Shown piece by piece: positions 12,351 to 24,722 of a stretch of 64,000 nucleotides of DNA; position 1 is the stretch's first letter; every line of letters starts with the position of its first letter. The DNA lies in NCBI RefSeq assembly GCF_035084215.1, contig NC_090332.1:16244001-16308000 (forward strand), given 5' to 3'. This DNA comes from Heptranchias perlo (taxonomy: Eukaryota). The position numbers and the translations under genes were made by a program. Under the pieces are notes generated by a model that saw nothing but the letters and a program-made list of their open reading frames with translations, had not been told where the DNA came from and ran no database searches.

Positions 12351-13439
12351 GTGGGTGATTAAATGTGAACCAAGTTAAATCTGAGGGTAAACGCACAGAC
12401 TCGGTAGTGGTCTATGGATGTGGTACTTCAGAGCGATTGAGGGAAGTTCGGTCAGTCACCAACAACTACAGAAGAGAAAGGGGGGGGGGGAAACACACAA
12501 TCCCCTCCCACCCCCGAGGAAAATCTGTTCGAAAACCAGCTGTCATGAATTACTGGTTGTAACGGCCAGGCAGCTGTCCATTTATTGTTGTTCACAACCT
12601 GCCAGGATTCGCTATTGCACTTGACTTTGCCATTTGCAAAAATAAACAGCTAGCCCTTAATCCCATGACTTCTCCCTTGCTTATGCTTTTCCTAACTAAA
12701 CAATGCACATCTTGTATCAGAAAAACAAACTGGCTGCAACCATTCATTAAATTGAGAGATTTCAACAGATAGACTGGTTTAAAAATTGCTCGATGAGATG
12801 ATATAAAGATGCTCAAATGTTCTCTTTAAAAAGAGTAATCATGGATTGATCGACTTTTGAGCACTTACGTCAGACTCCCCTGAAGTGCCTTGTCTTTGTG
12901 AGATTTTGCTAAGGTTGAAAGCTGGAGTGTATTAGTATGGATTGATTATTCGTTAATTTTTGTACATTGTTAAAAAAAAAGCAGTCTTTGAGCCCAATCA
13001 TCCCTGCAGCTTATAAAACACAAACTGAATTTAAATCTTAATGTTTGTAAAAATGTACTTGTGCAGAGAACTGATGCTGAATAATCGCAATGAGCAACAC
13101 GTACAGACCTGTAGAATGGTTCTGCAGCTTGCCTTAAATAAATTCAATAAAGACATGACAAGATTTAGATCTGGGAGAAAAATGTACTTCAGCCTTCAAA
13201 TGGTTAACTATCTCTTAGGATGTCTGCAATGCAGTATCAGACTTTAAAGGGTTAAGTGACTGCTTGTATTCCCTGGATTAATAAAGTTAGTGTGAAATAA
13301 TAGATACTTGCAATGTACTGACTCAGAGTCATTGATACCTTTCATGACTGTCATCATGCATCAAGGACAAATAGTGTACACATCAGCTGTCATCAATTTT
13401 TTTTTTAAATCCCAACTCATTCCCCCAACAAGACAGAAG

Positions 13440-13800
13440 GGGAATGCACTTTGTGATGTGCCACTGAGCCACGTAGCCAAGGAAAATCCTGATTTCAATC
13501 CCTGTTCTGTTCCGACCCAGCTAATTTCAGTGGGGCTGCGGCATTTGGACTCCGTGTTCCTGGAATAGGGAGGGGGAAGAAATGATCCATGGATCCTGCT
13601 GCTGATCTCTATCCACTGACCCTTCTACATGTGAGAGATGTTTTCAATGACAGGTTCAGGCTTGACTGTGACACTCCCACTGTCAAATGGTCTGTCACGA
13701 CTCACTGTCTGGGCTTATGGACCAAGATTGGGCTTTTGATGAGGTACAAGGGAGCAGTTAATACCTCTAGAATCGTACGCCAACAATAGTCCACACACAC
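13440..13800 (+). mobile_element. Old tRNA-derived SINE, decayed
   Basis: 'ctgagccacgtagccaaggaaaatcctgatttcaatccc' (B-box-like) plus body blocks shared with 9880 and 31790. Confidence 0.6.
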
Positions 13801-14740
13801 ATCTTTAAAAAAAAGACCAACTCCTAATCAAAACAAACTGTATTTAAATACGTTTTTAAAAAATAAAACAAATGAGAAAGAGTTATAAGGGCTGTAATCT
13901 TAGCTGAGTTGAGATAACAATTTTAACATGACCAAGCTTCTTGCTCTTTATGATGCGTTCTGTGCCCCCTCAGTGAGATCAATCTGGTAACTCACTGTTG
14001 GATCACAATTGTTTTCTATGTACTGTTTTTTTGCTGCAAATGAGCAAAAAATATTGATTTTTGATATTGTCTGGTGGCATTGAACTTCAGGGGATTATGA
14101 CTATTTACTGTGTTGCCCAAGGTTGTTAACAGGAGGCATTCTGCGCAAATACATGACTGCTAATTTAAAGATACTACCCGAAATGGCAACAGAATCTTGG
14201 AAATTCTATTCAAGAATTCTATAAGGTAATTGAGGCCATATATAGGAATGGCTTTCTGTGAGAGAAGACAATTTTTAAAGGAGAGACAAAAATATACCAA
14301 TTATTCATGTGTATATATGTGCAGATGAAAGGTTCATTACTTTCCCTGAGCTGTCACCAATTCACCTTCAAGTGAAGCTCTTTTAACCTTTTGCCCTTAA
14401 TTTAGACAATAGGTAAGAGAAGCATAGTCATCCAACTAGCGATTCTGATGAAAATATTGTTTTAGAGAGCAAAAATGTGTGTCGCAACAGAATCCAATTC
14501 TCTTCTGTCATGTTACTGCAAAGGGATTTAAAAAAAAATAAACTGAAGCATACAATTGGCATAATACTTTTACAAGCTTGTTAGTTTTGTCAGCTCGTCT
14601 CTGTATTTGGCAGTTTCCCTCCAAAACAATTTACACCCGTATTATCCTTCTCCGTCAGGGTGCCTGAATTGTCCAGCCGTGTAGTACTCCAGAACTGACA
14701 TATCACACATGACAGTCCCATAGGACTGCCCCTTCATGCA

Positions 14741-15022
14741 TCTGTCAGTAAACCTGCCATGAGGTACACTTGTGAGGGGCAGGAATACCCTCTGTCAGTC
14801 AAGCTAGCAGGGAAATATTTGATGGGTACAAGAATTGATATTTTCCCAGTCAACCTGCCTGTCGGGTGCAATTGAGAGGTGGAAGATTGTCTCCCCATCT
14901 CCTGGTCGACCTGCCATACGCATAATTGAATAGTTAGTCAGGAGGTGTTCCTTTCCAGTCAACCTGCCACGGTGCACCAGGAGAAGGGGCCTGTACCTCC
15001 TCACCTTACTGAATGACCTGCC
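14741..15022 (+). repeat. Degenerate tandem array: six copies of a CAGTCAACCTGCC-like motif, 50-56 bp period
   Basis: Motif starts at 14746, 14796, 14847, 14903, 14956 and 15010. Confidence 0.7.
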
Positions 15023-15426
15023 AAAGGACACTCCCGAATGTTATAATTTTATTGTTTTAGAACTGGATATCTAATTTTTTTACTACTTACAGTTTTCAAC
15101 AAAATACATTTAATATTTGATTTAAATGTGTACAATTCATTGAGCACCCCAGTATCGCAGGATTCTTATATTAGAGCGAGAGAGAAATTTCATCCCATCA
15201 GTTTGCGTTGGGTACAAACCGAGATCCCAGAGATGAAAAAGTATTATGCCAATTGTATGCTTCAGTTTATTTTTTTTTAAAATCCCTTTGCAGTAACATG
15301 ACAGAAGTGAATTGGATTCTGTTGCGACACACATTTTTGCTCTCCATGATGCCACAGAGCTAATGATATCCAGCAAAACTCTCAACTGTAAGGAGCCCGT
15401 GTGCCCAAGTATGTTCGAATAGTCCT

Positions 15427-15522
15427 AAAATAAAAACAGATAATGCTGGAAACATTCAGCAGGTCAGGCAGCATCTGTCGAGAGAGGAAGGTAGGGTTAA
15501 CGTTTCGGGTCGATGACCTATC
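15427..15522 (-). mobile_element. Penelope-like element terminal-repeat fragment with partial hammerhead motif
   Basis: Similar to 49800-49890; minus strand 'ggtcatcgacccGAAACGTT' keeps stem II and GAAA but lacks CUGANGA. Confidence 0.75.
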
Positions 15523-16893
15523 GGCAATTTTAATTGCACTATTGTAAAGCCAGAAAAATGCACATATTAAGTGCCAGACTGACTTCAGGAAATTCTTCAC
15601 AATGGTTAAATGATGTAATCTGATAGGTCCCTATCTCCTAGTGTATGCACTTTGCAAAGAGAAATATGTTTAATTTTGAAGGACAGTTCTTTTTCATTGT
15701 AAACACTGCACTACACATTATTTCATTGGATATCTGTTTAAAACTGCTACTCAGGCATAAAGAAGTCCGACATTGTGGGACCCACTTAAGCTGCAGAAAA
15801 TTGATCCTGGTTCCCCACAGAGTTCTTGTAACCCTTTCACAAAAAATAAAATAACAAGGTTACAGACCTTTTTCCCCCTTCCTTTTTAATGTGTTCTTTT
15901 TGGTGGATTTTTGTTCTCATTGAGATGAGGGATGTCAATACTAATCAATGGAACACTTTTCCAATTTGACAACCAGCACACTTATAGGTTAACAGCACCG
16001 AAGCTCATTCATGTATGACTCTCTCAGGTGAGTAAGAGGAGACTTTAACCCCATCAGTCTGTGCTTGATTCAAACCCAGTACTAACTTACTGCACCTCAC
16101 CTATTCTTCCCAGTTTCCACTTCCTGTAATCATCCGCCTCTACCCCATTTTATTTTATTCTAAGAATTTTATGAATCAGTAAATGTTTTATAGTTCTAAA
16201 TGTTTCTTTAATTTACAACAATCAGAACAGAAAGTGCTAGATTTTCCTTTACTATCATGCCTGTAATCGGGCATGGGAAAGGATGCAAATTTGGGCATTA
16301 AGGCCTATTGTCCCGTTTTTGACCCAAGCTCGATTTCTCTTCTCATGCCCCGCTGGCACCCCCCACCAGCTGCCCCTTCCCTGCCTACCATGTGTAAATA
16401 CTTGCGGGGCCCAGGTTCTCGGCCCGATTGCCTCCTTACCCCCGCCCTCTCCACCATCCCCAAGGACTGGTCGGTCTTGGGGCAACAGCGGTAAGTCTCC
16501 AAAGTCCTTCAGTGGAGGAAGAGGGCCTAGAAGTGGCCTTAATAGTCCCCTCAGCACTAACCTTTTTAGGCCTCGGTCTCAGCCAAGGCCTAAAAAGCAA
16601 TCTTCTGCCCCCTTTGATTGGCTGACCATCTCTTCTGGTGTGGCAGTGGCATTACTGTCTGGATTGTCCCCTTCTGCAGCGACAGGCACCCTCTGGGTGA
16701 TGGAGGTCCTGCAGGAAAATGGATCAGGGTTACCGTGAGGTCAAAGTGGCTGATGGAATTTCTGCCCCACAGCGAAGAGGAGAATCCAGCCCGAAGTGCC
16801 TTGAATTTCTTTCTACAAGTGTCTCACAAAAGATAATCTAGTAATATTTTGAAAGCTGCAAAGTACTCTCTGAGCTCAAAAGGATGATTCGAT

Positions 16894-17624
16894 GGGCTGG
16901 ATCTTGCTGGAAAAATAATGGCGTGTTAATGACGTACACCATTATTAGTGTGCAAATTGGCCAGCAAGTTCAGGGGATTAAGAGATACACCGTGAGTTGG
17001 AAATCTCCAGAACTTGCTGGTCAATTTACCCCGCTCTGTTGTTTACTTTGCATCTCGCCCTTAGCCTCTCCGTCATTTTTAAGTATTTGCTGGATTTGCA
17101 CATTAATTAATTGCCCATTAAACAAGCCACAGAAAGCAAAGTCTGCTAATTACAAGCACAAGTACCCTTTTAACAATGTGATAATTGTTAATACAATGCC
17201 AATCAACCTCTCTGGCACAGAAACGGAACAACTTAAATTGTTCCATCTCATTCCTGCATGTAGTAAATTGATGTTGGAGATTTTAAAAAACTTTTAAAAA
17301 AATGTTCCTACTTTTCCTTTCTGTCTCTCTTCTCTCACTATTCTTTCTGTGCCTGATTTGACATTGAATTCACCCACTCTAATTCACCCCCTTCTCCGTT
17401 GTTCCTCTGTTTCTTTCTCGATCCTTAAACTTTGATTAAGGAGATACACTGTTGGTCCCGCCGTTCACTAAGGTCCCAGATGCCTCGTTTCCCTCTCCAT
17501 GCCGTTATAAGCTCACACTTCCAGCAAGTTACGGCACAAAAATAATTTTGAGCTGAAGGGTGCAGGATAAAGTCTAACTAACCCCGCATGCCGCAAGCTG
17601 CCCCGTTCCAGCAAGGTATGGCCC
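16894..17624. mobile_element. Non-autonomous DNA transposon (MITE)
   Basis: Imperfect TIRs GGGCtggatCTTGCTGGAA ... TTCCAGCAAGgtatgGCCC; no transposase frame. Confidence 0.65.
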
Positions 17625-18399
17625 ATTATGTCTCTTTAGGTTCTTGTGCTGGAATTACACTGTCAAATCACATGCTAAGGACACTGGTCTCTTCCCCCTT
17701 CCTTAAATAAAGATTTTTCTGTCATCTGTTTAAGTGGGTTATGGAAAAGCCCTTAAAATACTGAAGATTCTTATGTGGTGTCAGTACATGTGCATTGATT
17801 TTGTAAATAATCTGAAATGCTATTGAGTTCAATTTGGGAAATATATGGTCTACAAATATGTGTATGAGTTTGCGTGTACATATGTGTTTGTATCTTTGCA
17901 TATATGTATTTCTGTTTCTTGTATGAACAGATCTATTTGCGTGTATCCAAGTGTGTGTGTTTTATTTTAGTGTCCGTAATCGATCTATCTTTGCCCATTC
18001 CTCTTCCTCTTCGACATGCTCCCACTTGACAGCAGCAATGCAAGTTTTTTTCGTCGTTGACTTAAGAACAAAACAAACAATCCACAGCAGAGTGGCAATA
18101 TCTCCACTCCAATACTTGCGGTGCTGTTTGAACTTTTTTTCTGCTTTTGGAGGGTCGAGCGATAGAACTTGAAGGTTCTGCAGTTTTTTTTTGATGCAAA
18201 ACTGAGATTATAAGAAAAAAAAATTAGTGTTTTTTGTTTCACAAAGGGTTGAAGCCTTGTGCTGTAGGAGATGAGTACACACACATTACCCTTTTCATAG
18301 TGGCAGCCCTGGTAACTGCCATAAACGTCCTTTTGATTAAGGGATTTGATGGGGCACCTTGGCATTAGCACCAAGGGGATAGATATATGCAGGTTACAA

Positions 18400-18490
18400 A
18401 GCAAAATACTGCAAATGCTGGAAAATTGAAACAGTACCAGAAAAAAATTGGAAAAATTCAGCAGGTGAATCAGCTTCTGAGGAGACAACA
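18400..18490 (-). mobile_element. Penelope-like terminal-repeat fragment
   Basis: 'gcaaaatactgcaaatgctggaaa...ttcagcaggtgaatcagcttctg' matches ~49770-49855. Confidence 0.65.
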
Positions 18491-18491
18491 G

Positions 18492-21400
18492 ACAAGACAA
18501 CAACAACTTGCATTTATAGAGCGCCTTTTTAAGTAGTAAAATGTCCCAAGGCGCTTCACAGGAGAGATTTTCAAACAAAATTTGACACCGAGCTACATGA
18601 GGAGGTATTAGGACAGGTGACAAGTTTTAAGGAGCGTCTTAAAGGAGGTAGCGAGGCGGAGAGGTTTAGGGAAGGAATTGCAGAGCTTGGGGCCTATACA
18701 GCTGTAGGCACTGCTGTCAATGGTGGAGCAATTAAAATCTGGGATATGCAAGAGGCAAGAATTGGAGGAGTGCAGAGATCTTGGAGGGTTGTAGGGCTGG
18801 AGGAGATTAGAGAGATAGGGAGGGGCGAGGCCATGGAGGGATTTGGAAATAAGGATGAGAATTTTAAAATCGAGGTGTTCCTGGTTTAGGAACACGTTGT
18901 CGGCCAGCGAGCACGTGGGTGATGGGTGAACGGGACTTGGTGTGATTTAGGATACGGGCAGCAGAGTTTTGGATGAGCTCAAGTTGATGGAGGGTGGAAG
19001 AGGGGATGCCACCCAGGAGAGCATTGGACTAGTTGAGTCCAAAGGTAACAAAGGCATGGATGAGGGTTTCAGCAGCAGATGAGCTGAGGCAGGGGTGCAG
19101 ACGGGCGATGTTACGGAGGTGGAAGTAGGTGGTCTTGGTGATGGAGCGGATATGTGGTCGGAAACTGATCTCAATCATATAGGAGGCCGAGGTTGCGAAC
19201 GATCTGGTTCAGCCTCAGGCAGTGGCCAGGGAGAGGGATGGAGTTGGTGGCTAGGGAACGGAGTTTATGGCGGGGACTGAAGACAATGGCTTCGATCTTC
19301 CCAATACTTAGTTGGAGGAAATTTTTGCTCATCCAGAACTGGATGTCGGATAAGCAGTGTGACAAATGAGAGACAGTGGAGGGGTCGTGGGAGGTGTAAG
19401 TTACCCTGATGACCACCAGCTCTATATGTGGCACCTGACGTTGTGTTTTCGGATGATGTTGCCGAGGGGCAGCATGTAGATGAGAAATAGGAGGGGGCCA
19501 AGGATCGATCCTTGGGGGACTCCAGAGGTAACGGGGCGGGAGCAAGAAGAGAAGCCATTGCAGGTGACTCTCTGGGCACAACTGGATTGATCAGAATGGA
19601 ACCAGGCGAGCGCAGTCCCACCCAGATGGATGATTGAGGAGAGATGTTGGAGGAGGATGGTGTGGTCAACCATGTCAAAGGCTGCAGACAAGTTGAGGAG
19701 AGATAGTTTACCACGGTCATTGTCATATAGGATGTCATTTGTGACTTTTTAATAAGGGCTGTTTCAGTACTGTGGTGGGGGAAACCTGATTGGAGGGATT
19801 CAAACATGGAGTTGCGGGAAAGATGGGCGCAGATTAGGGAGGCAACAACGCATTCAAGGACCTTGGAGAGAAAAGAGAAGTTGGAGATGGGGCGATAGTT
19901 TGCAAGGACAGAAGGGTCAGGGGTGTGTTTTTTGAGGACGGGCGGTGATGATGGCAGATTTGAAGGGGAGGGGCACAGTACCTGATGGGAGGGAACCGTT
20001 AACAATATCAGCCAGCATGGGGGCCAGGAAGGGAAGTTGGGCAGTCAGCAATTTGGTGGGAATAGGGTCGAGGGAGCAGGAGGTGGGTCTTGTGGTGAAG
20101 ATGAGCTCCGAGAGGGCACGAGGGGCAATAGGAGAAAAACTAGAAATAACAAGGGGGAAACTGTAGGGGAAGTTTGGTTTGGTGGGCTAGGGGAAGGGAG
20201 GGCAGAGGCAGCTGAGCGAATGGTCTCAATCTTAGTGACAAAGTAGTCCATGACCTCCTTGCACTCGTTGTTGGAGGCGAGGGTGGAGGAGGTGGAGAGA
20301 GGGGTTTAAGAAGGCGGTTTTTAGTGGAGAAGAGAAGCCGGAGATTATCTTTGCATTCCAGGATGATCATGAATAGTGATCAGTTTTGGTAGAGGAGAGC
20401 AGGACCTTTATATGCAGTCCAGCCAGATCTGGCCATGAATGACTAAACCAGTTGTCCATCATAAACATTCAAGTCTGCATCCCATGGTCTTAAGGGAGAG
20501 GAGATGAGGGCTGCACCTGGGGAACGACCAGGGTGAGAGAGAGTGATAGTTTTAATGGGTTCAAGGGCATCAAAGGTGAAAGTGAGGGTGTGATTGAGCA
20601 GATCGGTAGCTGCAGAAATGTCATGGTGAATGGAGGACCAAAGGTTAGATAGTTGGGAATTTTAAAGTGCCGTTGTAAGTGACTTAGGGGAGAGTTTTTT
20701 TCCAGGAGCGAACACGGAAGGAAGTGGGGTTGGGAGGGGGAAGGGGGATATGGGTGGCGAGGGATACAAGGAAGTGATTGGAGATGGCCTTACCTGTGAT
20801 ATGATGGGAGTCGAAAGGCCACGTGAGATGGCAAGGTTGAGGGGGTGGCCGTGAATATGGGTTGGGGAGTTTATGTGGAGGGAGAGATTAAGGGAGGATA
20901 GGAGGTCAGTGAACTCAGAGGAGAGAGAGCATGATGAGTTCAGGTGGAGGTTGAAATCACTGAGGATGAGAAGTTGCTCAGTGCAGAGGCTGAGGGAGGA
21001 AAGCAGTGAAGATATCTTGGTGAGAAACTTGGCGTGGTATTTGGGTGGGCGGTAGAGAACGAGGATTTTAAAGGAGCGACAAGAGGGGTGGAACAAGGTG
21101 AGATGCTCAAAGGAAGAGAAGGTGCCAGAGGTGTAGGGGGACAGACCAAGGTGTGATTTGGTGATAAGGGCCACACCACCACCACGGCGGTCTGGACGAG
21201 GCAAGTGTTGGAACAGGTAGCCAGGTGAGGAGGCTTCATTAAGGGGGAAGGTATCATCACCCGTCAGCCAGGTTTCTGTCAAGGCCATGATGTTAATGCA
21301 ATCATCCACAATAAGCTCATTGATGGCAAGGGCCTTAATCACAAGCGAACGGACATTCTGGTGGGAGATACGGAGAGGGGCGGTGATAGCTGATTCGCTG

Positions 21401-21870
21401 GCAGAGTATACAGGGTCAGGGGTGGGAGGGGTGAGTGGAACGGGAAGGAGACTAGCCCCCAGCGGGCACGCTGGGCGGGAAAGTCGATGAGAGTAGGATG
21501 GGGCAGTTGGGGTTGCTGCTCATAAGGAGGCAGCGACGAGTGCCTCGATGGGCCCTTCGGAGGATGCCAAGAGAGGCACAGAGGGAAGCTGTAGGCTTAT
21601 CAAAGAGGGAGCCAAGACTGGGACGGCGGCAGGCGAGTAGGAAGGTCGAGGAGAGCCGAAGAGTTGGGATAGGGATTTGGGGGGGGGGGGCAGAGTACCC
21701 GAGAGGGGAGAAATGAAACGAGGCATGATGACGGGAGAGAGGGGCCTTGGAGGGGTAAAGAGAAAAGAAGAAAAAAGGGGAAATAGAGGCGATGGGCTCG
21801 GGTGCGTAGCAGCAGCCAAAACGCACACGCGAATGGACACAGTTAACGCTTAGGGTGCGTAAACACTGAG
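18492..21870 (-). mobile_element. Near full-length L2 LINE (APE plus RT), inactivated
   Basis: 3' tail '...ataaatgcaagttgttgttg'; RT motifs NYRPISN, SKVLE, QSGF, AAFDMVDH, GVPQGSILGP; APE upstream; multiple frameshifts. Confidence 0.95.
20662..21342 (-). pseudogene. APE-type endonuclease domain of L2 ORF2
   Basis: ALTETWL, RRGGGVALI, VLYRPP, SDFNLH, PTHIHGHPLNL motifs. Confidence 0.9.
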
Positions 21871-22625
21871 AAATAAATGGCAGGCAGGCATATTAATAAA
21901 CCAGGTGAACAAATATAGAAAGTAAGCATCAGTGGAATGATGTAACAGACAGCAGTATTAAGACATTAAAGAAACCAACATGTGAATAGCTGAGGAAGTG
22001 GGAAAAGTGGAAAGCCTGCGGGTCGGCAATGAGATACCTGCAGCTCTAGGTGCTGCGTCTTTGACAAGAGATGGGAGGCAATATACTCAGGAAAAAACAT
22101 TACAGCCTTGGATATGCACAGGCTAAATATCATCAATTTGCATATATTCCTTGGTGCTAATGATAAGGTGCTCCACCATAAATTATATGGTCTCAAAGGG
22201 ATTCTTGTGATGAGATATCTTGCCTGTACACATCCCGATATATGAAGGATAAGATACCTTGTCATTGACTGGGGGAGGGGGCGGATTTACTTAGCATTGA
22301 TAATTCATCATTGACTGCAGACAAATAAACATCAGGTGAAGTGTCCCATTGATTTAGGAGGTATATACAGAAGGAACTCTCTTCATTAACTCCACGACAT
22401 ACGCATGATTGCTCACAGCTGAGGGGGTTAGCTGGTGACTTGCTGCTCTATGGCTGTCCACTGGGAGGTGTAAGAAAACCTCCGAGCGGATTTGAACGTG
22501 GATTTTCCCTGCCTGACTGTAAGGAAGTATTCGAACTCCACTCAACAACCCCAGCCGAGATCAGAATACATCTCGCAAGGAAAATAAGCACTGTCATTAG
22601 CTGTTGGTTAATATTCCGCATTTAA

Positions 22626-22690
22626 ATAGGCAATAAATGCTGGCCTTGCCAGCGACGCCCACATCACATGAACGAATATTAAAAAAAAAT
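22626..22690 (+). mobile_element. Short LINE/SINE 3' tail insertion
   Basis: 'ggcaataaatgctggccttgccagcgacgcccacatcacatgaacgaat' followed by poly-A. Confidence 0.8.
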
Positions 22691-23095
22691 GTGTATATAC
22701 CATTGAAATATTCCTGTTAAATATATTTGCTCCCCCCCCCCCCACTCCGCTACCGATTTTTTTTCAGCCGATCTGGGGTGGGCAGATGTGGAAAGCAACT
22801 CATTGCATTCCCATCTTTCTGCTAGCTGGTCCATTGGGATGAGGGGGAGGGAGAATGCAGCTGCCCATGTAGGGCCATGGTAAATATGCCTCTACCGTGC
22901 TTCCTGCCCTTTGCACTACAGGAATGCAGGATGCAGGAGCTGCCTGTTAGGCCCGGACACCTGGAATTCTGGAGGCGCCTTGGGCCAGAAAGAGAAGCTG
23001 GGGCTGTGCCAGCACTGTCTGAGTGTGACCACACACAGACCGCACTCACAAAAGGTAATATTTTAAGATTTTTTTTTAAAAAGAAATTCCACAGA

Positions 23096-23295
23096 NNNNN
23101 NNNNNNNNNNNNNNNNNNNNNNNNNNNNNNNNNNNNNNNNNNNNNNNNNNNNNNNNNNNNNNNNNNNNNNNNNNNNNNNNNNNNNNNNNNNNNNNNNNNN
23201 NNNNNNNNNNNNNNNNNNNNNNNNNNNNNNNNNNNNNNNNNNNNNNNNNNNNNNNNNNNNNNNNNNNNNNNNNNNNNNNNNNNNNNNNNNNNNNN
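23096..23295. other. Assembly gap (200 N)
   Basis: Run of N. Confidence 1.
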
Positions 23296-23460
23296 TAATC
23301 ACCATCACCAAAATTCATTTATTTTCTATTCTGTGGGATCTTGCTGTGCACAAGTTGACTACCATATTTGCCTACATAACAATACTTCCAAAGTAATTCA
23401 TTGGCTGTGAAGCATTTTGGGATGGTATGAGGGCTATATAAATGCAAATCCTTCTTTCTT
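23296..23460 (+). mobile_element. Deu-domain SINE, 3' part
   Basis: 'tgtgggatcttgctgtgcacaagttg...ttggctgtgaagcattttggga...gctatataaatgcaa'; reverse complement of ~28775-28920. Confidence 0.75.
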
Positions 23461-23496
23461 TAAAAGCATTTATTATAATAGTTAATCTTTGTTTAC

Positions 23497-23798
23497 ATTT
23501 GTTCTTGGGATGTGAACCACATTGGAAAGGCATCTTTATTACCCAGCCCCAGTTGCCCTGAGGACTTTAAGAGTCAACCATGTAGTGTAGGACTGGAGTC
23601 ACATGTAGGCCGGAGCAGGTAGGAGACAGGTAAGAGCAGCAGGTTCCCTTCTCTGAAGGACATTATTGAATTTTTTTACACAGTAGCTTTCAAGGGCATT
23701 TTCTCTGCTACCAGCCCATAGACTTTATTGGTCAGATATGAATTTATAGATCTCTGGGTTGTTAGTCCAGTACCAAAACTACTAGGCCAGCCTAACCC
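23497..23798 (-). mobile_element. SINE composed of the 63411-type tRNA head/5' region fused to the LINE 3' tail
   Basis: Minus strand: head 'ggcctagtagttttggtactggactaacaacccagag', body 'taatgtccttcagagaagggaacctgc...tgtgactccag...tggttgactcttaa', then tail 'gggcaactggggctgggtaataaa...cacatcccaagaac'. Confidence 0.75.
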
Positions 23799-24261
23799 TT
23801 ACAGAAATAATAGTTTGATTCCAATTTGTTTTCCATTCATGTAGAAGTTTCTCCTTAAACACAGTTTGGGTGATTTATGAGGCAATAAATGTCTAGAAGT
23901 CTCCGCCATGGATCAAATAAAATGTAGATTTGTGAGGCGCATGTTAAGAGTCCCCGTGCACTATATCATGAACTAGTAGGAAGATGATCTTCCCAGCAGA
24001 CCACCAAAACATACTGACCCAGAGTCAAGCTATCAGGAAGTGAAAAACATCCTAGTTTAATCTGTTGTACTGACATTTATATTTGAGCTAAAACGTAAAA
24101 CAAACAGATTTCAGGTAGCCAATTAGTAGTAATTTGCAAGCAGCGATATCTAGAGGAGTCATGGGAATAGCCTGAGACTAGGAAATGGACCTGGTGCAGG
24201 ACAACTGGGAGAAAAAGGGGGGAAGAAAATAAAAGAAGGAAGGAAAATCTCCTCTAAAAAA

Positions 24262-24722
24262 TGGAGTTCATCCAGGACAAAGCAGCCCGCTTGATTGGCA
24301 CTCCATCCACCACCCTAAACATTCACTCCCTTCACCACCGGCGCACTGTGGCTGCAGTGTATACCATCCCCAGGATGCACTGCAGCAACTCGCCAAGGAT
24401 TCTTCGACAGCACCTCCCAAACCCGCGACCTCTACCACCTAGAAGGACAAGAGCAGCAGGCATATGGGAACAACACTACCTGCACGTTCCCCTCCAAGTC
24501 ACACACCATCCCGACTTGGAAATATATCGCCGTTCCTTCATCGTCGCTGGGTCAAAATCCTGGAACTCCCTACCTAACAATACTGTGGGAGAACCGTCAC
24601 CACGTGGACTGCAACGATTCAAGAAGGCAGCTCACCACCACCTTCTCGAGGGCAATTAGGGATGGGCAATAAATGCTGGCCTCGCCAGCGATGCCCATGA
24701 ACGAATTTAAAAAAAAAAAAAA
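24262..24722 (+). mobile_element. Young 5'-truncated LINE 3' end (CR1 group, Zenon-like?)
   Basis: 132-aa frame 'IQDKAARLIG..HSLHHRRTVAA..RRSFIVAGSKSWNSLP', 3' tail and poly-A, many intact CpGs. Confidence 0.88.

Noticed and set aside
14741-15022. CRISPR array
   Set aside because: Repeats are only 13 bp and degenerate, spacers are partly homologous, there are no cas genes and the context is vertebrate; kept only as an unexplained degenerate array.
16255-16836. Cluster of overlapping GC-rich ORFs
   Set aside because: Open frames on both strands reflect GC content of a probable MITE-like relic; no coding signature.
17985-18623. 212-aa minus-strand ORF
   Set aside because: Spans an L2 tail, a Penelope fragment and A/T runs; no protein-like motif.
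19265-20005. 246-aa ORF as a cellular gene
   Set aside because: Mosaic of L2 ORF2 frames produced by frameshifts.
22877-23410. ORFs of 80-177 aa
   Set aside because: Artefacts of translating through the N gap.
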